From NCBI GenBank assembly GCA_905178155.1, contig CAJINV010000005.1:8058515-8122514 (forward strand): DNA of 64,000 bases. The letters are read 5' to 3'. This document shows, piece by piece, positions 11,801 through 25,631 of this stretch (positions within the stretch are counted from its first letter, which is position 1; the number at the start of each line of letters is the position of its first letter). A model generated the notes under the pieces. It was not told the DNA's origin and made no database searches. It saw nothing but the letters and a program-made list of their open reading frames with translations. The position numbers were made by a program, and so were the translations under genes. The stretch is from Amoebophrya sp. A120. Taxonomy: Eukaryota > Protista > Dinoflagellata.

Positions 11801-14800
11801 CACCTCGTAACGCTCCTGTCAGCGGGAACAGCAAGTTCCGGCCCTGCATCCTTGCGAGGATGCGCTGGAGGTGAGGGTTTGCCAGCATGTCCTCCAACGG
11901 GAGTGGCAGGTACGTTTGTTCTTCATACCGCCCAAGAGTAGCCGACGGCGCTGGTGGATCTTTGAAAACATTTTTAAACCGGGTGCTGGTGCTGGTGGAT
12001 AATAAATCACTATCCTGCTCTAGTTGTACCCTTGCATCTTCATCAAAACTGCTCCCCCAAGAACCCCCGGGCAAGAAGCTGAAGGAAGACAAAGCGGGCT
12101 CTTCCTCTCGCTCGGACATCACCCACGGGGTGCCGGTCCAATGAATGGAGGGATCTTCACGACGGTAAAAATCTTCGTGCGCGGAGGTACGATCATGATC
12201 ATGCGTGGATGTTGATGCTCCATATGTCGATGTTCCATGATGACGATGAACTTCCCCAAAGTCGTACTCGCGGAACAGCGGTAAGTGATCCTGGTTTCCC
12301 TTTCCTCCCTCTCCCAACTCGTTCGGCATGTTGACAAACGCGGTGTGCAAGACCGCCACGTAGGCGAGCGAGAGGTACCAGCCGTAGTTGTGAAGCCCGG
12401 TTCATTGTGAGGAAAAATTCCCCCTCCCCATATCGACAAGGAAATTTGTGACGCTGATTTGTGACCGCAAATCCGCTCTGTCTATGCATATGAGGCAATT
12501 GGGAACCGTTTGGCGCATTCCACAGCCAATCTGTGATGCGCGTTTGCATACTGCAAAGGTGTCTGCCATGCCTAACCGCTAGCCTTTTGCATACCCAATC
12601 AACCTTAGGAAGTGCCTCCAAGCGCCTTCTGCAATACAGCGGTGATTTGTGTACAGAAATCCAGCAACAGAAATTCCCTTTCTTCTATGGGGTGGGGGCT
12701 TTTTTCACTTTGATACGGTTTTGATTCTTCTCGCGCACTTCCGCCCCACCTTTCCCAACACGCGGGACGCCACGTTGTCGGATGCTAAAGACTATCCTGT
12801 GCAAAAGTATCGCATTCGTATAAATGCATTACAAATTTCCTCAGCATGACAAATAAAATTTGTAATGCAGATTTGCTTCAAGAAAAAATTTGTAATGCAT
12901 GATTGCAATACGAATACGATACTTTTGCATAGGATAAAGACCCGAGCCGTTGGTTGAAGGGCTGCTTTTCCCGCAGGATTTTCTCGATGAACGCTTGTTT
13001 TTTCGCACGAAGTTCCTCGTCTATCGTGAGTAAAAACGTGCCCACCCCATAGTCAAGATGGGGACTCGGCTAGACAAATCAAACACCTTTGGTTGCTTGG
13101 CATGACAAGGTTGTCCTCGTAGCGTGATCCTGTTTAGCTAGTTCAGAAGCATCACAGATCTAGCATAGCATGCTGATTCTAGCATCTCAAATGCCAAAAC
13201 ACGAACAGAAAATGCTTCTCATAGGGCTCCGCATGAGAAACCTTTTTGGCATGCAGAATTGCATGACAACTATGGGGTGAGGACGTTTTTGCAAATGATA
13301 TCGTCCTCGTCGTCCTCAACTTCCTCGACGCTGCTGTCGGAAGAGGTATCCTGTGCAAAAGTATCGTACTCCTAGTAATTGCAGTCATGCATTGCAAGTT
13401 TTTTTCTTAAGGTAAATCCGCATGACAAATTTTATTTCTCATGCTGAGGAAATTTGTCATGCAGTTATACGAGTGCGATGCTTTTGCATTGCATAAGAGG
13501 GGGATGATGTTGAAAATGCGGAGGATTTATTTCCTTTGGACACCTTCGAACGGGTGCTGTCTTTGTCATTGTCATCATCTTTATCGTCGTCGCTTCCCGC
13601 CTTTGTAGTAACCACGCGGCCCACCGGTGGTTCGTCCTCCGCATCAGAATCACTTCCGCCGATGTTCCTCTCGTCGTCATGCGCCGCCGGCGTTTTGTCA
13701 TGCTCGAGTGCCATGGTAGAAGTTGCCGCTGCTTTGTCATGCTGCGTTTTTGCAATCGACGCTGCAGAAGTAATTGCTGCGTAATTCCTCTTGTTCCTAG
13801 CGCCGTCGGGTGGAGGAAAAACCTCCTCCTCATCCCTCCCCTCGTAGGCAGCAATCATCTTTCTGCTTTGTTTATCAAATGTAAAAATGTCTGGGTCTGG
13901 AATGTTGCCGGGTTTGTCATGCATACTTTACATGACCCAAGATGTCTGTAATGCATGACCTAGCATCACAGATTTTTAGAGGGCTTCCTGATGCCTATTC
14001 CGCATGACAAGTGCCCTCTGCGCGTAGCAAAAACTAGACTCCTCTTGCTGGTCATGCAATACAGATTTTTTTAGAGTCCAAAGCTAGCATCACAAGTTCC
14101 AACCTTCCAGACCCAGACACTTTTGCAATTGATATTGCTCCGTCTCACTATCGGAGATTGTGTCCTCCGACGATGACGATGTCCCGTCCGAGGAGTCCGT
14201 GACCCCCGGTATCCTGAGTAAAAACGTCCCCACCCTGGAGTTGTCATGCAAATGCGCAGTGACAGGAACATTTGTAATGCGCATCTCCATGGGAGGCGTT
14301 TTCCATCGTGTTTTGGAGTTTGTAATGCTGTAAACAGGATGAGAGGCGCGGTTTCTCATGCGGCTGCCCTTCCTAACCAGCACTACACTGCAGATGGAAA
14401 TTTGTAATGCACAACTCCCAAAACTTGGACATTTGTGTTGCAGAATTGCCAACTTGACTATGGGGTGGGAACGACGTTTTTACAAATGATAACCGGCCCC
14501 GTCCCCAGCTGCAGCCCCGTTCTCCGCGCTGCCCGATAGAACAGACTCGCGGGCCCGGCAGCTCGTTGCCGCTGACGATGTAATTTTCGAGCAGCTTTGT
14601 TGTCTTTTCCAATCCCTTCTACTTCGTCCCAGGGCGAGACGACTTCCAAATGTTCATGCCGGTCCTCGTCCTCATGACGTCTAGTAGAGCTACTTCCACT
14701 CCTCGCTGCTGCAGCGCTACTTTTTCCACCGACACCTCCACTACTTGTTCCAGTAGCACCTTCACCCCGAGAGGCGGGCTCCTCTCGCGTGCGACAAAAA

Positions 14801-17068
14801 GCCGCTAGCGCTTTCAGCCGATGCTCCTTGTTCATCTGCGCTTCTTCACCCACCAAGAACTTGTTCTCCGTTGTTGTAGTACCTAATGTTTCTTTGCCTA
14901 CCGGAGTGTTCTTACGCGTAGCTCCAAAAGGCGAGCCGACTTGCGACAGAGGCGAGTTGTTCCACATATCCATGAAAAAACCCATGGGCGTCGAGGGGAC
15001 CGCCGTGGTTGCGTTTGACATGGGAGATTTCAAAGGTTGTGCGAAGGTGGTCTTGTGGTCCGCATTTGAGGTCTTTTTGTTCGAGGAGGTCTTTTTCAAA
15101 TGATGCTTCCTGACCGATCGTTGCCCACCTACTCCTCCCGAGGTAGATGAATTAGAGACAGCGCTGACAACATCTTCTACTTCCCCCGAGTGATGATCTT
15201 GAGGCGCTCGTCCTCCTGTGGTTTGGTTCATCCCACTAGCCGCTTGATGTTCTTCCCCAACGTCCTCTCCCTCCGATCTATCAAATGCAAATATCCCTGG
15301 ACGTCTGGAAACTTGTAATGCGGGTTGGACAATCTTGAGAACGTCTCAATTGGTGGCCACGCATGAAGACAAGTTTTTCAGCTGCCGGATGTTGCCTGTT
15401 CTGCATGGCAAACTGCCTTTCCGCATGACAAAAAACTGCGATGTTAATGTTTGGCTAAAGCGCATGACAAACTCGAGAGTCATGCTGGCCGAGCATGACA
15501 AACTCCGCATTCTTCCAGACATCCAAGGATATTTGCAATACATACGAACCCCCGGAAGATGCCAGCGAGGACCTGGACGCGTTCGAAGGCAGTTGCAGTG
15601 ATTGCACTTCCGAACCGGAAGAGCCGGAGCCAGCGGAAAGGGATTCACTACTCGTCGTGTCTACCTGCATTCCGCCGAACACGTCGTGTTGTTGAGCGAT
15701 TGCAGTTCCATCGTCCCCGTGTTGCTCAGCTACTAGAGCACCATAATTACCTGGAGCTCCTGCAGGATTACTTCCATCCCCACCCCCACGAGCTGCAGAT
15801 GATCCGAACGCGGACAGAACCGCACTGCACAGCTGCTCAGCGTCTTCGTTGGAAAGCCGGAGGAGGTCGGATTCTTCAAGGACCTCCGGAAGATGCACGG
15901 TTCCTTGTTGATCTTGCCCAAACGTCGCTTGCTCCCCGTCGTTTTCCTCGGAAGACGAAGAGGAGTCATGTTGAGAGGAAGAGGCATGAACTACATCTTC
16001 AAGTTGTACTGCGGTACTACGATCGCCAGCAAGAACACCTCCAACTTCTTGCTGCTGTTCCTCTCCCCCTGCTCCGCCGCGACTTCTGGCCCCAGCGGAC
16101 GACGCCCGAGACGAAGCCTATGGATGTGTCAGGATCGAAATCGACAAAGTTGTAATGATTTGTGATGCATAAAACGGATACCAGTTGGCGCCTAGTTTTC
16201 AAGTGGCGCATGACAAATTTGGGTAGGGGCGAAATCCAATTTGTAATGCTGTTTGGGTAAGGAAGACGCCATTTGTCATGCTACTTTAGGAGCTCTATTT
16301 CTACCCCTCGACAGGGTTACAATCTGCCTCGGGCCTACTCTGCAAGACAGGCACTTTGGTTTGTGGGTTACATTTTATACGTCACAAACTATTTCAACTT
16401 TGACGATTTCAATCCTGACGCTTCCATAAAGCCGCGTTGGAGGTTGTAAAAACAGCGCTGGAGGATCGAGAAGCCGGATGCGAGGCGATGTTGAAAATTT
16501 CTGGACCGCCTCCCTGCTGGTCAGCCGAATCTCCGTCTCCCAGCAAGACCCAGTCGTCCGAAATTAACCGGCCGAAATCTTCCTCGTCGTGGTAGTTCTT
16601 GCGGCGAACAATTTCCGCCCCGTCAGCAGTGGCACCAGCGGCAGACGAGCTTCCGGCTCTAGGCCCGACGGAGCCCCCAGCTGCGGAGGGGGAGGAGGTT
16701 CCAGCTGCACCTCCGCTAGAACTACTATTACCTCGGGCGATCGCAGTTCTTTGTGTAGTTGCAGAAGCCCCTCCTCCTCCTGCGCCGGTATTGTAGAACG
16801 CCGGAGCGAAGAAACTGGTGAGGTTGCGACCGAAAAAGCTGCTACTGCCCGCAGTCTGTGAAGCGGAAAGTGGTGGATTCTGTGTCGTAGACATCGAAGC
16901 TTGTTCCCTACTTCCACCTTCCATACCACTGTCCGGCCCTGCTCGCGGCCTGCCTCTTTTGGTCCTTACCCCCAGACCCGCGACTCCTCCTGCGCTTGCG
17001 CAGAGAAGCGAACAGAAAACTTGTAGCTTGCGCCTCATCTTGTAGCACGACCAGGGGGGTCGTGGCAT
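8810..17068 (-). CDS. Hypothetical protein ~1438 aa with a possible N-terminal signal sequence and an internal repeat; 15 introners
   Basis: Span minus 15 elements and 15x5 bp = 4317 nt, divisible by 3; most junctions traced in frame. Confidence 0.7.
8979..9197. mobile_element. Introner family E (TIR TATGA.AGTGCACAACTCCC)
   Basis: TSD TCGTC/CTGTC. Confidence 0.85.
9276..9540. mobile_element. Introner family A
   Basis: TSD CCAGT. Confidence 0.9.
9839..10159. mobile_element. Introner family B
   Basis: TSD CCAAA. Confidence 0.9.
10232..10509. mobile_element. Introner family A
   Basis: TSD CTCAT; empty paralogous site at 11014-11018. Confidence 0.95.
10667..10946. mobile_element. Introner family D
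   Basis: TSD CCGAA. Confidence 0.9.
11123..11412. mobile_element. Introner family D
   Basis: TSD CCATC. Confidence 0.9.
11468..11676. mobile_element. Introner family F (TIR TATCGCAAGAAAAAACTGTTTCACTGT, ~210 bp)
   Basis: TSD TGATG. Confidence 0.9.
12403..12715. mobile_element. Introner family B variant
   Basis: TSD CGGTT; left terminus CAT. Confidence 0.85.
12793..12936. mobile_element. Introner family C
   Basis: TSD AAGAC. Confidence 0.9.
13022..13300. mobile_element. Introner family D
   Basis: TSD TCGTC. Confidence 0.9.
13347..13495. mobile_element. Introner family C
   Basis: TSD AGAGG. Confidence 0.9.
13873..14134. mobile_element. Introner family A
   Basis: TSD TTGTT/TTGCT. Confidence 0.9.
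14210..14491. mobile_element. Introner family D
   Basis: TSD CCCGG/ACCGG. Confidence 0.9.
15279..15544. mobile_element. Introner family A variant
   Basis: TSD CGATC/CGAAC. Confidence 0.85.
16119..16428. mobile_element. Introner, singleton TIR (TATGGA.G.GTCAGGAT.GAAATCG.CAAAGTTG)
   Basis: TSD AAGCC; frame restored. Confidence 0.85.
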
Positions 17069-18299
17069 ACTCCTATATTTTTCTTCCCTAAGCAGAACAG
17101 TGCAAGCACTTAAAACTACGTCGCACTTGCAGAAGATTTCTTACTTTATCGGCAGGAGCACAGGAAGCGAATACAAAAAAGTTCCAACTACTTATCCAAT
17201 CGTGCGAATCGCGATAGAGGTCCTTGACAAAAATCAAACTTCACACGAACGGTAGTAGAGACGAAAAAAAATTAAAACAGTAAGTTTTGAACCAGTCCGA
17301 GCGATGAATGACCACGACGTTTCTAAAAACAATACGGTATGATGTCTTGTGCGGAACATGAAAAAAATCTGCGCTGCAAATGATGGATCGCAATGAGTAG
17401 GGGGTCAGATCATGAAATCTTTTGCTGCTCCTCAGAAAACAAGTCCAGCAACAGAAAGATCTTCTACAGACGCTCCTTTTTCAGGTATAATTGCAGAGAA
17501 ACAGTTGCAGAAAAGACAGGGCGCTGGTGGCAAAAGAGTAAACGGGTGGCACTTCTTCTTAGAGCTACTTGCCGGCTGCACCTGTTGCCGCCACTGTCGT
17601 CCGACGAGGGTTAAAGAGATCTCTTCGAAACACGTACTACTTTTCTATCACAATAACAGTACTCGCACAGTCGTCTTCCCAAGAAGTACTTTACCCGTTT
17701 TGGTTTTGTTATTGTTTGCGTCCTCGGGTACATTTATTCGGCACTCTGGTGTTTTACCTCTGATTGCAATCATTTTGATGGTTTCCTCGTATTAAAGCCT
17801 TGTCTGTAGTTCTGGATTCAAAAGAAGTTCTCGATAGTAGTACCCATTCCAATAAATGCAAGCTCACGGAAATAACGGAGGATCGTATTCCAAAATCGTA
17901 GAAATAAATCGAAGTTCTCGGATGGGTTCAGTCCAAATCCCGAATTAATAAAAGGAAGCTCTTTGTTAAAATTGCAAGTTCAAAGAAGTTTCAGTAGTTG
18001 CAAAAGTCTTCTCTATATCGTACAGTTCATCTTCATTGCAATAGCAGCGATCATTTTTTTCAGCAGGTTGTAGTCACTGCAATCTTCTTGCTGCTACTCC
18101 TGCGGCGCGCATACAACTCGTAGAATTGAGTTCCAAAATTCAACTTTTCTGATTCAGTTTTCAGTTTTCATTTGGTATTTTCTCGCGAACAAGACTGGGC
18201 TCCTCAAAAAGACATACTTACAACGGCGCCGAAGAAAGTTCTTCGCACCAAAATAAACCGTAAAATAACGCTAAAGTTCTTCTTCATAGCAGTTCCCTC

Positions 18300-21200
18300 T
18301 TAAATCCACGCGTGACGATTGTTAATCTTCCACGGGACGTAGGTTTCCAAAAAGTAGTTTTTCTCATCCGAGTCCTCTACCGTGCCTGAAGACACTCCTC
18401 CTCCTGCTCCGCCCACATCATGATCACCCCCTCCTCCCCCATCTTCCGCGAGGACCAACATGGAGTCGTCGCCGTAGTTCTGATGATTTTGATTTTGCCC
18501 GCTACTGCTGCTGCTCCCAGAAATAGAAGAAGATCCGCCACTGTACGCCAACAGCGCCTCTACTTCGTATTTGTAGCCGCACTGCAGCATCTATCCAGTG
18601 CAAAAGTTGTATCGCACTCGTAGTAAAAATTGCAGTTATGCATTACATTTTCCTCAGGTCAATCAGCATTACCAATTCCATTTCTCACGCTGAGGAAATT
18701 TGTGATGCAATTCATACTAGTACGATGCTTTTGCAATTCATAGCATCCGCTCAATCTCCATCCGCAGTGCCGGATTGGACAAGACCAAGTAATTTTCTTC
18801 CTTTAAACTCAGTAACATCCGCTTCTCCTTCGCGGTAAAACTCCCGACCGAAGGGTACCTCCGACTAACGTCGGCGATAACGTCCGTCACATGCAAACCG
18901 ATGGACCTCAAATTCGGCAGGGTCTGCTTGTACTTGAGGAAAATGTGCACGCCGTGGGGGTCGCAGTCCCCGAGGTAGAGGAAGGGGGTCAGGGGGTAGA
19001 GTTTCGCGAGTTTAGTCAGTAACTTCCGCGTTAAAACGTCCGGAAACCCCTTCGCGGTTACCAGTACGATGTTCTCGACTTGCTTATAATTTGCAGTTTT
19101 ACTGTTCGACGGTTTACTTATTTTGCCGTGTTTCTCCTGGTTGTTTGCCTGGATCTGCTCCTGTGCTTTCTTGTTGAAGTGGTCCAGTAGGGAGAAAAAC
19201 ACAGTCTCTTTCTCCACGATCAGAATGCACTTCACATAGCTGGACGACGATAGCCCCGCATTGAGCAAAGCAGATTTTCCGTTTAAATCGATGTCCCGTG
19301 CGCACTTATCGACAATGTCCTCGCTAATCGGCACGCCCCGGGTCGTCGTGTCCGGTAACACCCGGTATCCTGAGTAAAGATATCCCCACCTGCCCTTAGT
19401 CCAGCTCGGAAATCTGCTAGACAAATCAATAAGCTTAGGTTGTTGCGCGTGACAAGTTTGGCCTCGTAGTATAATGCTGTTGCGGTCGTCCAGTAGCATC
19501 ACAGATATGGCCTCTTATGCAGCTGATTGGAGCATTACGAATCCCAAAACACGACTAAGCAATGCTTCTTATGGGTCTCCGCATGAGAAACATTTTGAGC
19601 ATGCAGATTTGCATGACAGCTATGGGGTGGGGACGTTTTTCCATAGGATACCCGGCCCCCAATCGTCAAAAAGGGCCCGGAAATTAACCCCTTGTTGACC
19701 GTCAAAACGCCGAAAAGTTTCCGCGGTGTCCGGAGTAGCAGTACAATCTCCTCCAAAGTTTTGTTTAGCTGCAACTGCTGGGTAAACAACCCCGTCTTCA
19801 AATCCTTGGACTTCAAGCGGTAAAACAGTTCCCTTTGCGTACAAACCCGGTTCTGCACCAGCATCTCGTGGATCAAATTCAACACGGCGAAAATCCGGGC
19901 CATGCGGAGGAGCGAGGGAGAGAGGTTGGACTGTTTGATTTGGATCACCGTCGGTTTGGGATTGCAGCTTTCCTTGCCTATGCCTTGCAGTTGCGACGAA
20001 GAGTAATGAGCCGCTGTCGGCGGGTCGAGGAGAAAGGTTTCTTGTTCGTCGACTTTTCTATCCTGTGCTGGGGCCCCGCCAGTTTTCTTGTCTTGTTCCT
20101 GGTCCTGGTTCAGTACTCCTTTCGCCTCGTCCGTGTTCCCCTCAAACAAAACCAGCATATTGTCTTCCTGCAACGAGGACTCTGCGTGATGTTCCGGCAC
20201 AGCAGCTCCTACTTTTTCGGAACTGGCAACGGTGGCGGGACTCGCCTTTTTACTACCACTCTCCTTATCTTTCGCCGTCGGACCCACGGCATGCGTCAAA
20301 TTTTCGTTTTCGTACACCGCGTGCTTCAGCCAGATCGGAACGTCATCGTTGTTGTCTTGTTTGTGTTTATTTTTCCGGCCCGCACCGCCTCCCTGTAGTT
20401 GCTCCTCCTGCTGTGCTATCAACTGCAAAAGTGTCTGGGTCTGGAAGAGCCGGGGCTTGTCGTGAGGTCTGCGATGCTGGTGCTAGCATCACAGATTTTT
20501 TGAGACGCTTCTTGATGATAATCACGCATGAGAAATGCCCTCTCTGCGTGCCAAGAGCTGACTCCTCTTGGATGCTCATGCAACACAAACATTTTTAGAA
20601 TCCGCAGACAGCATTACAAGTTCCACTCTTCCAGACCCAGACATATTTGCAATCCATATGTGCCGAATTGATACCATCCGAAGATTCCTGACTGTCCTGA
20701 GTTACGGGCGAAACCTTCGCACTCAAGTGCTCCAGCCACGATTCCACGATGATATCCGCGTGTTCTCCGCCTATCGTTCCCTTATCAACTGTAAAAGTGT
20801 CTGGGTCTGGAAGAATCCAGCTTGTCATGCTGATTTTGGATTCTAAAAAAATCTGTATAATCGCATGAGCAGCAAAGAGAGTCCAAGTTTTGCTACACGG
20901 AAAGAGTATTTGTCATGCGGTATAGGCATCAGAAAGCCCTCACAAGACCTGTGATGCTAGGGCATGCATCGCAGACATCAGGAGTCATGCAAAATGTGCA
21001 TGACAAACCTTGCATCCTTCCAGACCCAGACATTTTTGCATTTGATATCCCTGCTTGTTACCCGATTTGTTCTCTGCACCATTGGTAGCGTCGGATTGGA
21101 ATTTGTTTTGCGTCTGGGAATTGAAGGCGGAAGAAGAAGTGTGGGATGTAGCTGCAGATTGCTTTTGACTGTAGTTCTCACTGTGGTCGTTCGCGGCCAT

Positions 21201-24200
21201 AATTTGGGATGCGGCACCGTGATCAAAATTCGGGGCAAGTTCTTGCACCTCTCCAGCAGTTGTGCTTGACGTAGCAGGACAATTGGCGTTCAACAAACTC
21301 ACCCAAGGCAACACCCCCTCGTGCAGCCGCTTCAGGCTGGTCAGGACTAAATTCTCGATCATCTCCAGCAAAACCTCCCGCGAAACGCCGTAGAAACAGT
21401 CCCGGTCGAGATGTTCGTCGTCGTCGTCATCGTCGTGGTTATCCATGCTGTTGTTTTTGGAGGACGTGTCTCCACCTTCTTTCAAGACCAACGCGGTTTC
21501 GCCATTTCCCTCCGGAACCACCTCCGCAAGTGCAGGCTTAGAAGCGGCTTCACCTAGAACAACTTCCGGGTGCTGCACGGTAGAAGTGCAGTCGAAAACA
21601 GCTTTATTAGTGCCCTCTCGTCGCCCTCCGTCCAGCAGCGAAAGCGTGGTCTTCTTGTGGTCCTTCCGGGAAGAAAAGACCGGATTCTCGATCAATTCTT
21701 GCCCCGGGTGAAACTCAGGATTCACCTCGTCAAGATCGATCTTACAACTCTTACGAGATGAAACCGTCTTCCCAGCGGAAAAGTGCTTTTTTCCGTGATG
21801 TTTCGCACTGCTCTTCCTGACGGATGAATTGGGATGACCAACCGTAGAGGTGCAACCACGAGCAGGAACAACTGTTTCTCCGTGTTTCATCTCGCTGGTA
21901 GTTGTGTCGACGATCTTGAAGTAATCCTTGTCCGGCCTCGCATTCTCGAGCACAGGCCTCCGCTCCCCCGCAGCAGGCGCCGGCGGCGCTTCCGTCAAGT
22001 AGCGCAGTTTGTCGGTTGGGGACGAGTTATCATCATCTGCGCTGTAGTTTTTGAAAAATTTCAGAAACTTGTCGGAAGATGATTTGTTGCCTTTCTTCTT
22101 GCTTAGTATACTTTCTAGCTCATCTTCACCGCCTTCTGTTGTCTTGTTATCGCCCGCTAACAGTGGTTTCCTGCTGCTGTTTTGGTTCTCGTTAACAGCA
22201 AGAGTCCTACCCGGTCCTTCGCTAGAAGAAGTTTTGGTGTTCTTCATTCCCCCTGCCTTCAGCAACCGGTTGTTTTTAGCGAGAGCGGCTGCAGTTCCTG
22301 AATCCGTGGGGGCTTTCTCATTCTTTGCCCGTTCGGCATCTTCTGTTCCTGTACAACTACCAGAAGTATTCTTCACTAATCCTTCCCCGTTGAACTTCGC
22401 GCTGTACACTTCCACTGGACAGCTCTTCGAAAACCAGCACTTTTTCTTTGCTTTTTCGAACAAATACTCCGCGAACTTCATATCGCAAGAAAAAAGTGCT
22501 ACGGCTACACATTGTGTTGCAGGCCAAGCAAGACAGACAATCTCTGTAATGCCGGATATGCATAGTTGCCTCGTTTCATAGGTGTTTCCCGTAGGATTTC
22601 TGCATTACAAGTTTTCGCTCTCATGCAGAGAAATTTGTGTTGCTGAATTCACTACAAATGTGTAACTGTAACACTTTTTTCGTGGGATACTTCACTTTCT
22701 TCTTGTAGTACTCCTTCGGATTCGTCTGTTTCAGCTGCAGAATGGAAACGATCTTATTTTTTTGCTGGTTCTTGCTCCCTCTCGATTTGGAATTTTTGCC
22801 GTTCGAAGAGTTAGACGATTGCTGACCACCACCACTTTCTAGCTGCTCCATAGTTTCTTGTTCCTTACTCTTCACTTCCGTCCTCTTGATTTCCCTGGCC
22901 CATTCCTTGGCGCAAAAATTCTGGAACTCCTGCACCGAGTGGAACACCTGCGGCTTATTCTGTTCCTGTTTCTGCGCGATCTTTTCCTGCAGAATGATCT
23001 TCGTCGCTTCCTTTCGCAAGTACTGCTGCTGCTCCGGATTTGACAGAGCGAACACCTGCTCCGCTTGCACCAGTGGGGGTCGAGACGTACTTGCCCCGCT
23101 AGGTGCTGGCGGAAACAGTAGGTTCTGGAGGGGCAGCAACGGTGAACTTCCGTCGTTCTGGAGGGCAGAAAGACCACCGCCTTGTTGGTGCGTCTGTTGT
23201 ACTAGGTGGTTCACAGCATGGGGCGACGGGATTGGTGGTGGTGGATCAAGGTTGTTTGTCTGCACCATGCCCATTTGCACTTTAGCCACGTCGCGGAGAA
23301 ATTCGTCCTCGATCAGACGCTGCTCTTTGGTCGTTGTAGTTCCTGCAAGATGAACTATAGCATTCTCTTCTTTGCCCCCGGGTGGATCTACTTTGCTTCC
23401 AGGAATAACTCCAGCTGGGGGTGGTGCTACACCTCTCGACGCGGACAGCACCAGCTGCCCGGTAGAAGAAGTTCTAGTAGTACTCGCCGAAATAAATTCT
23501 CCTGCTTGGTGTGCTTCTACTTCTAAAGCCACTGGATCATCGGATATTCTTTCGGAAACGAGAAGACCTCGTTCCTCCCCTGATTGCAGCGCCGTCGTGG
23601 CGAAGACGTCCATGTTCAGGTGGTCCAGGGCCGCGGGGGCATTGGAGTCTGCTGGCTCGTCCAATAAGACATTGCTCATTTTCCGCGGTTCCTCCCAGAC
23701 CACCGCAGCCTTTCCTTTGAGCCCGGCGCCATCTTCACCTCGTTCTTGCGAGTTCTTTTTCATCTTCCCTGTAGTTTTCGTCTTCGCTGCTACTTTGGTG
23801 GTGGTGCCGGTCGTTTTATTGTTTTTGATGTTCTTTCCCGCCTTTCTCCCGGACTGATTCGAGCCGGCAATGGAAGATGACGAACTACTACTACTGCTCC
23901 CCCCTCCATTATGCATTGCAAAAGTTAAAGTATCGTACTCGTGTAGATGCATTACAAATTTCCTCAGCATGAGGGATAAAATTTGTAATGCTGATTTACA
24001 TTCGAGAGAAAGATTTGTGATGCATGATTGCAATACGAGTACGATACTTTTGCACAGGATAGCCATTCAAAGACTGCAACTCCGCGCTCAACGCGGCAAA
24101 CTCGGCCTCCAACTTGTTCGCTTGCTCCTCTGCGTCGTCCTCGTCGTCGGAGTTTGTTTTATTTGGCAGTTCTACTCCCGGCGCCCCAAGAATCTTCTGA

Positions 24201-24884
24201 ATCGCAAGAATCGGGTCAGCTGGTATAAGGCCAGAGGACGTTGTACTTGATGCGTGATGATTACTTTCACTTTGCAAGACCATCGCAGTAGGTCCCTGCA
24301 GCTCCTTCTCCGGAGAAGTTGGAGTTACAGAAGTTGTACTAATATTCACACCATTTTTCCCCTGCTGTTCTTCCGCAACCAATTGCTCCAAAATGTTGTT
24401 ATCACATGCAAATATGTCTGGGTCTCGTAACCTGTGATGCAAGACAGTCAATAACAAATGCACTGTAATGCGCCGCCAAGCATGACAAGTTTTTTCGTGC
24501 TTCTGTGATGCATATTTCGCATGAGAAACTGTGCTTTTGCATGAAAAGCGAAAGAGGCTGTTTGTGGCCCTGGCCACGCAATACAGTTACAGATTTAAGG
24601 GCCATGCCAGATCAGCATGACAAATCTCTTCCAGCCCCAGACATTTTTTGCATTTGATAGTTGTGAAACGACTGCAATTCGGCTTCCTCTGCCTCGTTTC
24701 TCGGCTGCTCTCGAGCAGTCGAATTCTTCGATTTTTTGTTTTTCATCTTCCCCCCGGAAGGTGCTGCTGTTCCAGCTGCGCCGATCTTGCGACGCTTCGA
24801 AGAGGGTTGATCCTTATCCATGCCTGGGGCTAGATCCACGTGGTCGTCGTCAGCGACAAGAAACTTTTGATCGGAAGCCGCCAT
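18300..24884 (-). CDS. SPO11: SPO11/TOP6A-family protein (SPO11-2-like), ~1661 aa with long N-terminal extension; 7 introners
   Basis: WHD motif TQRELFY with catalytic Tyr; TOPRIM motifs IVEKETVF, TAKGFPD, GDCDPHG; C-terminal MLQCGYKYEVEAL; all 7 junctions in frame (4986 nt). Confidence 0.9.
18592..18742. mobile_element. Introner family C in SPO11
   Basis: TSD GCATC. Confidence 0.9.
19366..19650. mobile_element. Introner family D in SPO11
   Basis: TSD CCCGG. Confidence 0.9.
20417..20658. mobile_element. Introner family A
   Basis: TSD TGTGC. Confidence 0.9.
20783..21047. mobile_element. Introner family A
   Basis: TSD TCCCT. Confidence 0.9.
22481..22689. mobile_element. Introner family G (TIR TATC.CAAGAAAAAAGTG..., ~210 bp)
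   Basis: TSD CTTCA. Confidence 0.9.
23910..24061. mobile_element. Introner family C
   Basis: TSD TCCAT/GCCAT. Confidence 0.9.
24400..24659. mobile_element. Introner family A
   Basis: TSD GTTGT. Confidence 0.9.
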
Positions 24885-25631
24885 TTTCGCTTTCTCTGAT
24901 TTAACACGATACCAGTATCTACTTCACGTTCACGCGGCGTTGCGAAATGCAACCTATTGTGATACAGATGAATATACAGTGGCTTTTCACTACGAGTTGT
25001 TGAGCTTTTTGATCGCTCTAAACAGAAATGATAAACACGACACTCACCGTCGCGCTCCGAAATAAAATTTCCAACTTTGGTCGTGGTGTTTGTCCTCACT
25101 CACTACACTCGTGCGGTGGCCGTGGCAACATTTTACGCTCAAACTACGGATTTGGAATAGTACAACGCTGTAGTCACGACACTCAACAATTTGGAATTCA
25201 GCAATTTTGTAGCTGTTCGACTACCAGATGTCGAAACGAAAATGTAGTACGAATGTATCTCTCGTCGTCCACTGACCTTACTACAAATTTGATCACTCTC
25301 GGACGACAGGAAGATCGAAGAGTCTTCTGCCCGGGGGCACGAGGAAGATAGAAGAACCTCCATCAAATCTACTACTGCCTTCTCAGGCACGACGAGAAGA
25401 ACCATTTCTACACACTGACAGGAGGTAGAAGTTGCAACATAGTACCCAATTTGATATTCCTCAGCGTTGTTGTTGTCGTCCACCTTTTGACAAGGTTATT
25501 TCTGTTGACACAATTAGTAGGATTTTCGCTCTTCAACATATCGACCCACTGTGCTGACAAGGGGGAAAGACTACAAACTCATACACATTACATCCCCAAG
25601 GGGGAGAGAATGCGTTATCAGATGAATCAGA

